DNA of 55,771 nucleotides, counting the filler, from Sluysia triapertura (Eukaryota): the NCBI GenBank assembly GCA_046118255.1. It is 4 parts of 4 records of this genome, joined end to end, with 100 filler letters (N's around TTAATTAATTAA, not from the genome) between each part and the next. Parts side by side here need not be neighbours in the genome. Positions count along the whole stretch, not along the records: positions 15,550 to 31,278 come from JBJNIA010220801.1; positions 31,379 to 43,579 come from JBJNIA010129850.1; 2 more parts are not named here. One strand, given 5' to 3'. Each line of letters starts with the position of its first letter. The stretch's first letter is position 1. Of the stretch, positions 25,690-39,176 are shown one piece after another. Below the pieces are notes generated by a model. The model was not told where the DNA came from. It worked only from the letters and a program-made list of their open reading frames with translations, and ran no database searches. The translations under genes and the position numbers were made by a program.

Positions 25690-27700
25690 ATGGGTAATGC
25701 ACGAAGATTTTACCTCCCACTTTACAATTATGCTCCTTAGCCTTTTATCATGTCTCTTTATAAGGCATTTTGTAAATTTTAACGCATCACGGAATCTAGT
25801 CTAAGTTGACTGGCATATTTGTGTCTGCCACATATTAGGTAGAAAGATGTAAAGTTAGAGACGTGGTGAACAGAACTCCAATAAGCAAATAAGCATGGAG
25901 AAATGTATGAATCCAAGTCGGCCCATCTATCATTCACAAATAATTATAGCGTGTTAGTTGAAGTCATATTAAATCTTTCGTGGGTTCGTGGATGGTAAGG
26001 AGATGTGTAGATTCTTACTATATTAAAGATTTTAGCAACAATTTAATAACTTCACTGATAAAGTTTGAACCCTGTTCTGTTAACAGTTTTCTTGGAATCC
26101 CATGAATACACATGATTTTTTATTCAACTAATATTGAGCAACTGTTTCGACCTTTTGATTAGGCATTGGATAAGTTTCTGCCATTTGGTTAAGCAATCCG
26201 CGAAAACATTAATATTTTTGTTTCTTGACAGAGTTTCCGAGAGTGGACCGATAATGTTCATGGTGGTATATTCTAATGGTAACAAAGGTACAGTCATAGG
26301 TTTAAGTGGTACTTTCGTTTTGTGCCTGTGATTTCTCCTAATACAGGTAACGCATTCGCTACATCATTTCTTTATGTTCGCTTCCATACCATCCCATTAA
26401 TATTTATATTTTATTCTTAATTGACCGTCGTGAAATTGTTTGAGTACTGAAGTAACTAAGGATTTTGAAATTAACGTTCTCCATTTATCTCGAGAATACT
26501 TAAATCTCAAAACCCCATCTCTTATTGTTAATTTCTCTGCTAATTTTGGACTTGTATCACCTTTAGTGAGTTGATTCAAGGCGACGGAGATTTCTTCATC
26601 GTCACATTTATTCAGGATCATTAACCTCACAACATTTATTAATCTGGACATACAGTCTGCGTCATTATTTGAAGTGCGGGATTTATAAATTGTATCCTGA
26701 TCGAATTCAGATATTTTAGTGGACCACTTATTTAACTTACAGACTTCGTCTCTAGGATTGCACAAGTAAGTTAGTGGCTTGTAATCTGTATATAGGGATA
26801 CTTTTTGTTCTAACAAATAGTGACGAAATAACTTACAAGTACAGACTATTGCTAAGCTTACTCTTTCTATTGTTGAGTAATTCATTTCTGCTTTAATTAT
26901 CTTCTATTGGCGTGTGCTGTTACTCCTAAATTTTGTCCTTATCACTGAATATTGTGTAGTTACTTGCATCAGTAGTTAAATTAGGTTTGGTGCTGTTGTG
27001 AATTTTTTTTAATTATTAAATGCAACTGTTTGAACCTCTGTCCATTTGAATTCGACATCGTTTTTAATTAAGATCCTTAATAACAAAATCCTTTAGAAAT
27101 CTAGGAGCAAAAATTTTATACTTTCTTAACAATGTCGTGCTGTGGAAACTTAATCACTTTTTCGATATTTCGTGGATTTGGCATGATACCATTTTTATGT
27201 CCTAAAAATTCTACTTGTTCTTCGGCCAACACAAACTCAGTAGACGTAATTTGTAATCCAGCAATTTGTCGTTTTGAATTATTATCTATATTGTATCACC
27301 AACATAACATTCTTGCAACCTGTAAGAACAAAATTCATGCAATGTTGAAAAGTAGCTCGTGCTCATGTTAAACGGAACGTCAACTTCATATCATAAGTGT
27401 ACTCTAACCATTTAGTTCTACAATAATTTACATTATCATTTTGGTTGTATTTTCTCACATTGTAATTATACCTATGTACTTTATTCAGTTATATCCGCGC
27501 TAGTTTCATTGGCGTCTACAGATTCTCTCTTTTGTTACTTTTCTGATTTTTTTCTGGTTTAAATGTGTAAAAAGTTTTGATGCGTTTTCTGATATTCTGG
27601 AGTTGTACGTCATCACGTATTTTTGATATTGTAAAGCATGTCCAATTTTCGTTATTTTCAAAATTTTATTCAATATTTTGCAAACTTAAGGACGCTGTTT
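25690..27700 (-). mobile_element. Ty3/Gypsy LTR retrotransposon pol remnant (RT-RNaseH-integrase)
   Basis: EQVEFLGH (RT), NYSTIERVSLAIV...LYTDYKPL...NNDADCMSR (RNase H), QFHDG and GIPRKLLTEQGSNFISE...PYHPR (integrase), in Gypsy domain order with many stops. Confidence 0.92.
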
Positions 27701-27744
27701 TGTAATTAAATATTTAAAATTGGAGTTCATAACATATTTATGAA

Positions 27745-28240
27745 AAACGTGTGTAGGACGCACCATTTCTAACATGGAAATTATTCACAATTCTTTTAAT
27801 TAGTGTTTGTTTTCGTCAAATGATGTCGAAGAAAAACTAATTTAATTTCAAAATCATATTAGGTGCCATTAGCATCATATTTCCAACCATTCCAATAATT
27901 GAAGCATGTGGAGCTGAATCACAGATTCCACTTAAATCATCCAGTAACATGAAGGCGTCATTATGCATGGATATTCCAAAAGCAAGATGGATGGGCATCA
28001 CGAACGCGGATTTTTAAATAAGAAAATGCTTGTGTTGGATGTATCTTATTGTCACTATACGAACTGTATCAGAATTCAGACAATAAAAAACATGTTAACA
28101 ATGTAATGATTGGATGTCTAAAATTATTTCTACTCTATAAAAACAGATCTCGAAGAAGAAGATAGGAACGATTAGGTGTCGGATCGAAAAGTTAAACATC
28201 AAATCGTAAATGAAGCTTTATTTGAAGATCATATGCTTAT
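27745..28240 (+). pseudogene. Probable Spo11/Top6A TOPRIM-domain fragment
   Basis: TCVG./PFLTWKLF, then after an AG at 27862 AISIIFPTIPIIEACGAE...MDIPKARWMGITNADF*. This is colinear with Spo11 TGKGVPDLNTRLL...VPVFTLVDADP...VPAIRWLGLLPSDL. The catalytic DxD is lost. Confidence 0.45.
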
Positions 28241-28758
28241 TTGTGATGTTTGTGTTGAAAAAGATGGATAAATGATTTAATTATGCATTAGGATATGAAT
28301 ATGTCGAATGAAGTTTGGAAAATCAATTTATTCATAATTTCTGACATTTTAATCTGATGATTATTTTATAGGATATTCGCGTTAAACGTTGACTTGTAAC
28401 TGTATTCAAGCGTAATTTGATCTTAATTTTGAAGATGATGCACTTAAACGAATACATATTTAAAGAAATACATTTATTTGCGTTTCAATGATTATATCTG
28501 GAACCAAACATGCTCTTGTTATTTTATAGTGTTCTAGAAGCAATTAATTCAATGATTACTCATTCATTTAACAAATAAATATTTTAAAAATAAATTGCCA
28601 AAAGAAGTTTTAGATTTGTTTGAATTAGGCTTCACTCTTTGATAGGATTTTATTGGCAAGATTATTATATTAATTGATAATGTGAAATAATCATTTTGTC
28701 ATTGTAGAAATAATAACATCATATGTATCAATATTACTTGTGTATCATATGTTTCTAG

Positions 28759-30124
28759 AAAGCAAGTTCCACAGGAAACAGTAATCTCGGAGTGCTGGAA
28801 AATATTGTTATTTGTTCCCGACCTGGAAGTCGAATTGATGTTGAAAATATGTATGATTTACTTGAGCAAATACAGAATATCGACACATCTTCGAATCCGT
28901 CCAGCCACAATGCCACTGCAGCTTTACCATCCAAAGTAATTCCATCTATTTCGCTTGTTATGGAATCGGTGTATATAAGCGGCTTTTTCCTGCATGTACC
29001 GAATCACGCGGGACAACTTCTGCCTAGTAGCATGTCTTTAGATAGAGTGGCCTTGCGAAATAACAGAGCTGTGGAAAGCCAAGAAGAGGAACAGAGTGTG
29101 GTTGTTACTGAGGCTGGCCAGGTTCGTTGCTTTAATGCTTGTGATTGTTGAAGGTTCTGCAACAAATTCAGTAGAGTCTCAATTATTGAATCTTGAGTAC
29201 ATCATGAGTTATCTTTCCGTGAAATTTTGTTCACCTTTGCCATTTTCTTTAATTCAACTTCATATTCGTACTTTTGTTGAATCTGCCAAGTCGTTTTAGT
29301 TGCTACAGAAACAAATTAAATCACGAATTGGTTAATATTTACAATTTTACAATTTGTCTAATGTTCACCAATGCTTGTTCAACCTATTTTTGTCGAAGTG
29401 CTCTAACAATTAATTCTATCAATAAATTTCCAACTGAAAATACTGACAAATCTCATAAATTATCTCGCATATCAATTTCTTTTTCATTAACTATGTTTGA
29501 AACGATTCAGCCCTTACCGAACTGCAAATTAATCATCGTGGATGGTCAGTCATGCTGTCAAAAGGCAACTAATCAAATTGGAGAAGTTTGGATCCAATCG
29601 AACTTTACTGCTAGTTCAATTTTGGCATGTGCGAATCAGTTACAAGTGGACCAGATTTACTCTGCCAGTTTTATTACACAAAAAAGTGTACCGAACAAAA
29701 CTGGTGCTGGGAAAATAGAAGAAAGAGGCAATACTGAAGATTCTTCACACACAGTCACAAATTGTGACGATCAAGAAAATATGATGAATGAAAAATTATT
29801 CGCAAGACTGCAAATAGGAGAATCTTTGGACGAAACATTCACGAAGACTGATCTGATTGGGTTCGTGAGAAATTTCGGTTAGTTAAATATTAAATATGTT
29901 GATTATTGCTTGTTGCTTTTAACCTGTATTGATTGTGTTGATTTTATTTAATTATATGAAGTAATTAAATCGTTAACAGCCATTTGTACTTATACAGGTA
30001 CTGAGTCACATGTAGTGGTACTTGGCAGTAACAGCGATGTCATACGAATACGAGGATTTACTGTGTATCCCGGTGATCTTGAAAAAGTATTAATGGTTTC
30101 GGAACCGAAGTTCATTTCCAGCTG
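28759..30124 (+). CDS. DIP2: DIP2-like protein, three internal exons (28759-29121, 29511-29877, 29998-30124)
   Basis: GT-AG introns of 389 and 120 bp keep frame. LDRVALRNNR...EAGQ/PLPNCKLIIVD...IGEVWIQS...FARLQIG...FTKTDLIGFVR...VVLGSNSDVIRIRGFTVYPGDLE is colinear with the second AMP-binding-like domain of DIP2. No flanking exons found. Confidence 0.8.
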
Positions 30125-30169
30125 GTTAGTTTTTGCTCACTTAGATTTTATTATGGGGGAAGTATCCCA

Positions 30170-30565
30170 TTATAGGTTTGGGGAAAAGTTTCCTTGACAC
30201 CATTTTATGGTGTAATGTTCTTGAGTCCATAGATCTTGAGGGCGTTTATGAATATTTATAATTTTTAATCTAAGAAGTGATTTAATAAATTGTTGCTGAG
30301 TTAAAAGAATAACAAACATGTTCTTATATTCAATTTTAATCAGTTCGTGTAACATGTTTAGAATATCAAAGGATTTCATATTAATATAGTTTAATTTTAT
30401 TACATGCGCGTCTGATTCCAAAATTTTTAATATCTCTTTCTTATTACTTAAGTACGGAAAGTTCTTGATTTCGTACATCTTTAAAATCTTGTTAAATCTA
30501 AAATCTTTAAGTGCTAAAATTATAGTTTGAATTTCGAATTCGTTGAAAAGTTTAACTTTGCTCAT
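30170..30565 (-). CDS. Hypothetical ORF, no recognisable domain
   Basis: About 130 open codons in very AT-rich DNA; no motif recognised. Confidence 0.25.
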   Translation of the reverse strand: MSKVKLFNEFEIQTIILALKDFRFNKILKMYEIKNFPYLSNKKEILKILESDAHVIKLNYINMKSFDILNMLHELIKIEYKNMFVILLTQQQFIKSLLRLKIINIHKRPQDLWTQEHYTIKWCQGNFSPNL

Positions 30566-30867
30566 TGTCATAAGGCATATAAAAAACAATTTATTAATCA
30601 AAAAAATACGAAGATTTCTGAGTTAGTGCTATACAAATTTATTAATGACATGTAAAAAACAATTAATTTATAATAATGAATAATTATGTCAAAATTATGG
30701 ATATTATTTCCTTCTGTAAAGAACGTTGTTGAACTTCATTGATCCGGATGCTAAACATTTTAACTGAATGAAAAATTAGCACGTATAACAAATTAAAGCT
30801 TACACTAGAACAATTGGGTGGTGTGTTGCCATTTTATAATAAAAATTAACAAGGAGAAATACTGATG

Positions 30868-30937
30868 ACTGACCATCATCAGCGCTGACAGTCTAATGAA
30901 AAATGTTACATAGACTGTCAACCCTGGTGATGGCAGT
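30868..30937. other. 70-nt imperfect hairpin (pre-miRNA-like or MITE relic)
   Basis: Arms 30868-30895 and 30911-30937 pair with one bulge, two mismatches and one G-U; 15-nt loop. Confidence 0.6.
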
Positions 30938-31378
30938 AACCAGATTAATCGTCGAATATTGGAATTTTTAATTTAATGATTCAATAACAATGATAACAAC
31001 AACAATAATAATAACAATAATAACAACAACAATATTGTTATTATTATTATTATTAATAAATGAAAATAAAATGCATAAATATCTCTTTTACTTAAACTCC
31101 ACACAATCTTTTCTTTTTATTTCTTTCATTCTACATATTAATAAATAAAAAGGAATAAAACGGATGACATGCTGTGAAGGAACAGCGGTAACGAGGTATA
31201 TAATGTATCATTTGTCGTTGTTGCTTCACGGTACGATAATGAACTCTTTAAAGTTGTCTTAAATTTGTTTTAAAAGATNNNNNNNNNNNNNNNNNNNNNN
31301 NNNNNNNNNNNNNNNNNNNNNNTTAATTAATTAANNNNNNNNNNNNNNNNNNNNNNNNNNNNNNNNNNNNNNNNNNNN

Positions 31379-31446
<68 letters not shown>
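31379..31446. repeat. (ATT)n microsatellite at contig end
   Basis: Read directly from the sequence. Confidence 0.97.
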
Positions 31447-31448
<2 letters not shown>

Positions 31449-32090
31449 TTTACAGTTATTATTAGATTATTATTTTAAAACAAATTTTAGGGGTAATGCC
31501 ATCCTAACATTTATAACACTTTTGCAAACAAATAATTGCATCAGTTTTCAGAGGTATTAGCATTCGAAAATGTTTAGATTTATGGTTAAAATGTGATTAT
31601 GTTATATAAATAAAATATTCCTATAATTTTGCGATATTGAAATTCAGATAATTCGCAGAAATATGCTAAAAATCAAAAAGGCAAATTTATGGACATTTCA
31701 TAAATATAGTTACAAAAACTAAAAAAATCTATTCATTTTAATTTTTAAATAGTTTTTATTCATGTAAGCCTTTACGCTTAGTTCTATTTTTCACTTCTTT
31801 TCTGTTTATAGATTGTAAATGATAATTACTTTAAAAAAACTCTAAATTGTAATGGCAGAACTTATAGCAGCAAGAGGTTTTCTCGCAAAAAATCGAAGAT
31901 ATAGAAAATTTTAGAATTGTCAAGTTTGAGAGAATGAAATATTCATATTAAATTTAATTAATTGTGTAATCAATATTTATCAATTCTTCTAAAATACAAC
32001 TTAAAATACATTCGCTAAGCACTTAAAATATTAAAAAAAATTTTTAAATATTTTGAAATATAAATTTGTTTTGAACAATAAGTCATTTAC

Positions 32091-35000
32091 CTTAGAACCA
32101 GATAATATCCAATAATTATTAGCACTAATATCTACAGATTCAATCCAAACTTCATGGCCCTAAAAGTTAATAAAATATAATATAATATGGTTCCTTAATA
32201 AATAATATGTATTTTAAATTTATTTCCGAATAGAATCTTGAGGAGCTTTATTTAGGGACAAAATCAAATGGTAACTAAACCGTTTGAGGATCCTAATAAT
32301 TTATAAATAATATTGAAGCGTTTTCGAGGAGAAAGAGAAACAAATTACTTTTGTAAAAATATAAATATTTTCTTAAGCTGCAGTAAAGTAAATAGGACTC
32401 CCTAATACATAATTTTTTACGAATGAAACCCCAAAATGCTTCATTTATTAATTATTTTATAAAGTTAAAATTAAAATTGGTAAATTATAAATTAGTGAAT
32501 TATAAAAAATTAAGAAATTCGTAAAAGTTAGAAAAATAAATAAGACAAGCATTTTATTATTAGAAGTTTAACCTTTTTATATTAAATTACTAAACATATA
32601 TTTCCAATAGAAGCATATTTAAATAAAGGTTTATTTTTTAGTGCAATGCGAAGTTTTAGAAACTGGTCTTCATTAAAAGTATTAAAAAGTAAATAATTTA
32701 CCTTTAATCGCACTTCTTTTGAATTCTTACTTGTATTCCATAATACCAAATTACCATCAAAGCCAGCACTAATTAAAAACCGACCTAAATTAAGAATACA
32801 CATTTAAAATAAATCTATGAAGCATTAAAATTAATCAATAGTCAATAAAATAATGAATTAAGATAATCAATAATTCTTATTCACTTCAAAAATTATTCCT
32901 AAACTTTATGACAATCTAAACTTTTATAAAACGCAAATAATATCGAATGAGTTTTAATTACCAAAATAAATTATTGTTATTTGTAAAATCGTGAATGTAA
33001 CTCGTTTCTAATGTTAGAATTGAAGTGCGAAGTTTTTAAATTTATGAATTAAATCTCCTTTGAAAAATTCATTTCATTATATTAAATCAAAGAAAAGAAA
33101 CACGTTTAATTAAAAATCTACTCTCAGACTACAATCGGACAAAACAAATATAAACAAATTAACAACTGTTATACAAGGCATACGTAATAATTTCTATAAT
33201 TTTATTAATTTTAATTTTAATAATTTAAAGACTTTATTTTATATATTGTATTAATGTGATTTAACCAAATCTATGACTCTTACTTCCAATTAATAACCAA
33301 AATTTCCGAAAAGTCTTATAAAATGGGGTGAAAAAACTTTCTTAACTTCTGTATGCTTTTACCTTGAAAACTATCTCTTTATAAATATTTTTATTGAAAT
33401 TATGATGTGGCCAATAACTTTATTTTACAAAAATTGTTCTCTATAGTTTCTGTCACTGTATAACCTCTTTTATTCTAAAATTTAATATTCTTATTCTATA
33501 TTTTTGTATTATATGATCGATCTATTTCGTATTATAACTTTGACTATGTGATTTGTTTATTAATTTGCATTAATTTGTTCATTTCTACTTTACAAACATT
33601 AAATATTCCTATGGCATTTCCATTCAACATTCGTTCTATGTTTTTCTATTTTTTGAAATACTTAAATAGGCTTCAAAATATCTAAAATGATTCAAACGAT
33701 GCAGATCTTTTTATTTGTGTTGGATTTAAATTTCATTAAAATTATTCAAGTGACCAATTAAATAATTATTAGAAAAAATTTTAAATGTTTAATGTGTAAA
33801 TGATAAATGTTTAATATCATATCAACTAATTTTGGAAAGAAAGGAACGAATTGCGTTTTTATGCAAAAGGTATAATAAATATTTCCTTAAGCTGTAACTA
33901 ATTTTACTTACCATCTTTAGAAAAACGACAACAACTAATACTTCCATCATGACCTTCCGTAAGCCGAACTGGTCCATCTTTTCTGTATTGTCCCGAATTT
34001 ATGTCGTACAAAAGAACACTTTTATCGTACGACACCGTAGCAATCAGATGTTCATTCGGATTAATAGCTAAATCTGATACTATGTTAGTGTGATCTCTAA
34101 ATTTTTATTAATTATATTAATATGGCAATATCATTATTAAAAATTTACCCATAAAATTCATTTAGAATCTCAATGTAAATCCTACTATAATGAATTAGTT
34201 TTATATATCAAATACGAATTCTGAACAGCCAATATAAAAAAATGTAACTTAATCAGAAACATAATTTATTTGATAATTGAAATATAAATAATTCGACATT
34301 TTATTACATTTAAAGTAGCATTTTTAAAGTAGCTTTTTAATCTTCACAAGAATCGAATGTGTCAAGAGAAAAAAGTATTCAACAAGTTAGATGAAATCAA
34401 TAGTTTCACAAATTTAGAGTGTACATAAACTGTGCCTCTAGCAACAAGTTATTGTGTCACATCTTTAAGATAAGCCAATCCTGATATAAGACATTGCTTA
34501 TTCTAGGTAATGTGTATATAATCTATTTGTAAACGTCAGATTAATTACTGGTGTTTTGTCAAATTTAGTTACTGATGTAGTATTCCGGCGAATATCGAAA
34601 TGCGATAAAGTTTTTTGTTTTAGGTCATCAAAAGAGTGAAACAAAACCTGAATTGGATGATGGACTCCTCATAAACTTCATGATTAGTTAACTCTTTTTG
34701 AAATAAAACAAAAATTCAACAATGTCCAACAAAATTTAAAAAAACTCCATGTAGTAATCAATAAATTATGTACTCAACTATACATACATTTTCTAACATA
34801 AGCAATATCTTAAATTATTAATGATTAACATTTCGTATTTAAAATTTCATTTTTCAAAACATTAATTACTTTATATTATTACTTAAATATATTTACTATT
34901 TTTCAAATAAAACACCCTAAAATTTTTCAAAACATTGTTTCAGTGCATATTGTATGTGTTAACATTTCTGAAAATATTAATGAATAATGTGTTTAAATAA

Positions 35001-38000
35001 TTACTAAATTTGGGTGTTGTATCTTACTTATATTAACTTCGTGTTGCAAAAGAGCGTGTAAAAAATGCAAAAATATCTCATAAACAAAAAGTTTTATCAT
35101 TGCTGCTGCTCGAACTAAATTAGATTTTTAATCATTCAAACACTGTCTCTACTGAGTGGTCGTAGTATTTAATAACGTTTTTAGTAATTTACCTATGTCG
35201 GAGTTTTCATTATTTAATGATTTATAGACAAATAATAATAAATTTAATCCGTGAAATTTAGAAAAATTATATACTTTATTTAAACAAAGAATTTAAGCCA
35301 AAATCCGTCATAAGTCATTATTATAAGCGAACTCATCCCTTTGAAGAAAACTAAATTTTGTTAAGTTTTAATAAAACGATATTGATTATTTGACAAATAA
35401 ATCAATGTTTGGAAGTGATGAGCCCATTGAAATTGAGAATTTTATAGTAAAAATTATGTAATGAAAAAACTTTCTTTGAATAAAGATAAACATTTTTGTA
35501 ACAATTTATTCTTTTAAAAATTTCTAAACATGAAATTATTTCTTGCTGTACCATTGTATAATACTGTTGGGGTAAAAAGGCCTAAAGTTCCATTTGGTAA
35601 AATTGACTATAATAAAATGAAATTGTTAGACGGGGCTATTAGCTCAGTGGTAGAGCAATCTAACTGCGCAGCGAAGGTCCCTGGTTCGATCCCTGGTCAG
35701 TCCATTTTATGAAGTCTAACAACACGCATAATGTTTATCCTCCAAAAAAATGAGGATATTTACGGTACTTTATATTTATTTATTTTTAGAAACTTACTGA
35801 CGATTAACTGTGACCATATTAGAACGCAAATCAAAGATTTTGAATGTCTTATCCATACTGCAAGTAGCAATTCTCTGATCATTCGACATAAAGCAACAAG
35901 ACATAGGTGTGCTAGTATGTATACCTAAATAAGTAATTACAAATTAGTGATAATTTTTCGAAATATCATTTGATGTTTTACAATTATTCTAATAAATGTA
36001 TTTTAATAATTTAGTGATCATTACTTTTAAAAATAATGAGATATTTTAATTTCAATGTTTCTTTTATTTTATAAATATGTAATGCAACGTAATGCTTGAA
36101 AAATAAAAATGATATATAATAAAATAACTCTTTTATTGAAAATTCAACGCAAATATAAATGTTTGAAAATAAGTTATGAAAAATGGAATAGGGTGTTTAA
36201 CTTGAATATGAAAGTGGAATGATGAAATTATTATAAGTATATTAAAACATTAATAATAAATAACATTGTAATACTATAAAATTGATTGTTTGAAATAACT
36301 ACGAGTTTATCGGGATAATATGATGAGCGACATTGTGAGACAAAGAATTATATAGTATAATTGTGAACAAATATGTAGCTAAAAAATTACATGTTAAGCT
36401 TTTAATTGATGTTTTAGATTTGTTGGAAATTTAGTTGTTAATTTGTTTATGATTGTTGTGTTTTTGGGTTGAATTTGTGCCTTATCATAAAATTAAAAAA
36501 ACATTCAATATATATTTAGTAAATAAAAGAATCACGGCTAATTTCGATAACCTTCTCAATCTCGAGAATAACTTTCTGTTTAAACATTGTTACGAAGGAA
36601 AGTGGTACATTGTCTATTGATCAAAGTTGTCACATAATACCTTTTCACCCACTTTCAATAATTCGTGACAGCCCACAAAAAATTGTTGGGTCTAAACATT
36701 TTTGATTAAGTTATTCAGCTAATTGACTTATAGAATGACACTTATTTTTCATTTTCAATAACAATTCAGTCTAACAAAGGTTCAGTGCCCAGTTTTGATG
36801 AAAAAAATTACACTTAACTCGAAATTTCTCAGATTATGTGGAACTCCAATGTTGAATTTTACATTTCAAAGCATTTTTCTATAACAAACGATTTTATGCC
36901 AGTTTCCAATTATTTTCCACACGAAAAATCTCGGAGTAGATTCAACAAGAGTGACTAAAGTACCATTTTAGGTCGCCCAAATCTGTCTATCATGTAAGTC
37001 GTAATTTCTCTATATAAATTTTGAAACCACTCTTGCGACTCTTACAAGATTTGAATATTTTTTGAAATATTAAAATCTTTTGTAACTTTAGAAGCTGTGC
37101 TATATTTGAAAAAGATGCAATATGCAGTACGAACTTTATCATAAAGCATCTAAAAATAATAAGTAATAGAATAAATTTTTTTCCAATTTAAATCTAAGCT
37201 TATGTTTTTAAAATTATGAATATTTAAACAACATTTTGTTAAATTTGCTCTATTCAAAATTTAAATCCGTACATATACTTTCCGTGGATTTTCTTTCCAG
37301 CCTTATAAATAGACTTTTCATTTGAGAGAAATTTCTAGACAAATTTATCAATTTTATTGAATGAAGATGGTAGCATTAAAGGAACAACTCTCTTAATTGC
37401 CGCATTCTCTGCTAACATATGGGTCATTATTTCATCAGCCAAAGATCTTGCACACTTTGAACTGCAAGGATAATGGTTACATAAATATGTATGCACAAGT
37501 TGTCATTATTTTACATAATGTAACATGTAAATTCATTAAATTTTTAAAAGTGAACGATATTTATGCAACTTATGAGCTACAAGTTCGGTTATTCAAACGA
37601 AAAAATTCAACGTAAAAATTCAAACTAAAAGTAAATAAAACTTAAGTGGATTTGATTGAAATATGAAACTCAAATTATAACACATTGATCTGTCTTTATT
37701 TAAAATATTCAACGATAACTCTTCAATTAAATTAACACTTAACCTCGATATACTTTAAATATCACAAAAATAGCAAATTATCAATTGTTTTCTAACTATA
37801 TATAAACTCAAAATTATAAATCACTATCTGTATGCCATTGATCAATTAAAAGATTCCAGGGTTGACACAACACAAATGTTGGCGCCCGTATTAACAACAA
37901 TAAAAAACGAAACGTGAATTACTAACCTCAATAATCGCTTATATGACTGAGATTGCTAAATCCTCAAACACAGTGTTTAACACAAATGAGTGGCGGCAAC

Positions 38001-39122
38001 TCACTTAATGGAAATGAAGCTTGATTTTCATATATTTCTCCTGACTAGTCAAGATTTTTTGTTCTAATTATATTATGAAAATGATAGTTTATGTAGTAGT
38101 TGGATAATTGCTTAGGAGATTAAAAATTTGAAAATAGAAATAATTACTTCATATAATTATTCATTCATTTTGGTCGATCATAAGCCGACTAATTTCAATA
38201 ATTAAATTTCCGTCGGCTTCCAATTCTATTGTCTCCTGCAATTACCCAAATATATTGGGATTTGTGACGAATAATCCTCTTATCTTTTCAACACAACACA
38301 ATCAAAAGTTAATATAATTATTACACAAACATTTAGTTATTAAAATAATATCAACTTAAAATAAAGATAAAACTATAGAAAGATAAAACTATAGAAAAAG
38401 ATAACTTTTCTATATAAAGATTTTTATACAATAGGTCATGCGTCAGTCGTACGTTGCATGTCGATTTCAATAACATATCTCAGTTGGTATCTTAATGAAG
38501 ATCAATTTAATACATTTAAGCATTTCAACATGTATAAATTTAATTTTTGATTATAAAAACTATTTAAAATAACTCATTTTTGCGTTATCTGAGTCGAAAT
38601 TTCAACAGTAGGAATACTAATAAAATTTAACATTATATACATATTATCTTATCTCCTCAAAAATATTTTATTCTTATACTATAACCATTATGTTCACTTC
38701 ATCTTTAACCAAACCCGAAATATTATAAAGATTTATATAGCTTTACATAATTATATCAAGATTGTTTTAATATGTAGACGTACAAGCCATCCAGCCAAGG
38801 TAGTGGGAGTTCATTAGTGTGGGTAACATTGGGTTAACACATTAACTACAAATGACGTTTTAATGTTGAATATACTCGTTATATTATAAGAAACAATTTA
38901 TTCGTAATATTCTCATGTCATTCTAGTGCCTGATTAAAATAAAGCCAAAATATGGGGACATATCGAAAGAAAAATTAAATATTGAAAATGTTTTTGAAGA
39001 CATTTACTTAGAGATAACTCCTGACATTTTTATAAACAAGGTAGATTGACACCGTGTAAGGTAGGCAGCCTTACGATTTCAACAGTCTCAATATGTATAT
39101 AACATATTCATCCTTAACTTGG

Positions 39123-39176
<54 letters not shown>

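Noticed and set aside
31150-31260. Candidate final WDR88 exon
   Set aside because: No frame gives the expected D.T.RLW WD motif, and it lies across a linker gap.
35633-35704. Functional tRNA gene
   Set aside because: The anticodon stem is unpaired, the acceptor stem has two mismatches, and the flanks belong to an LTR.
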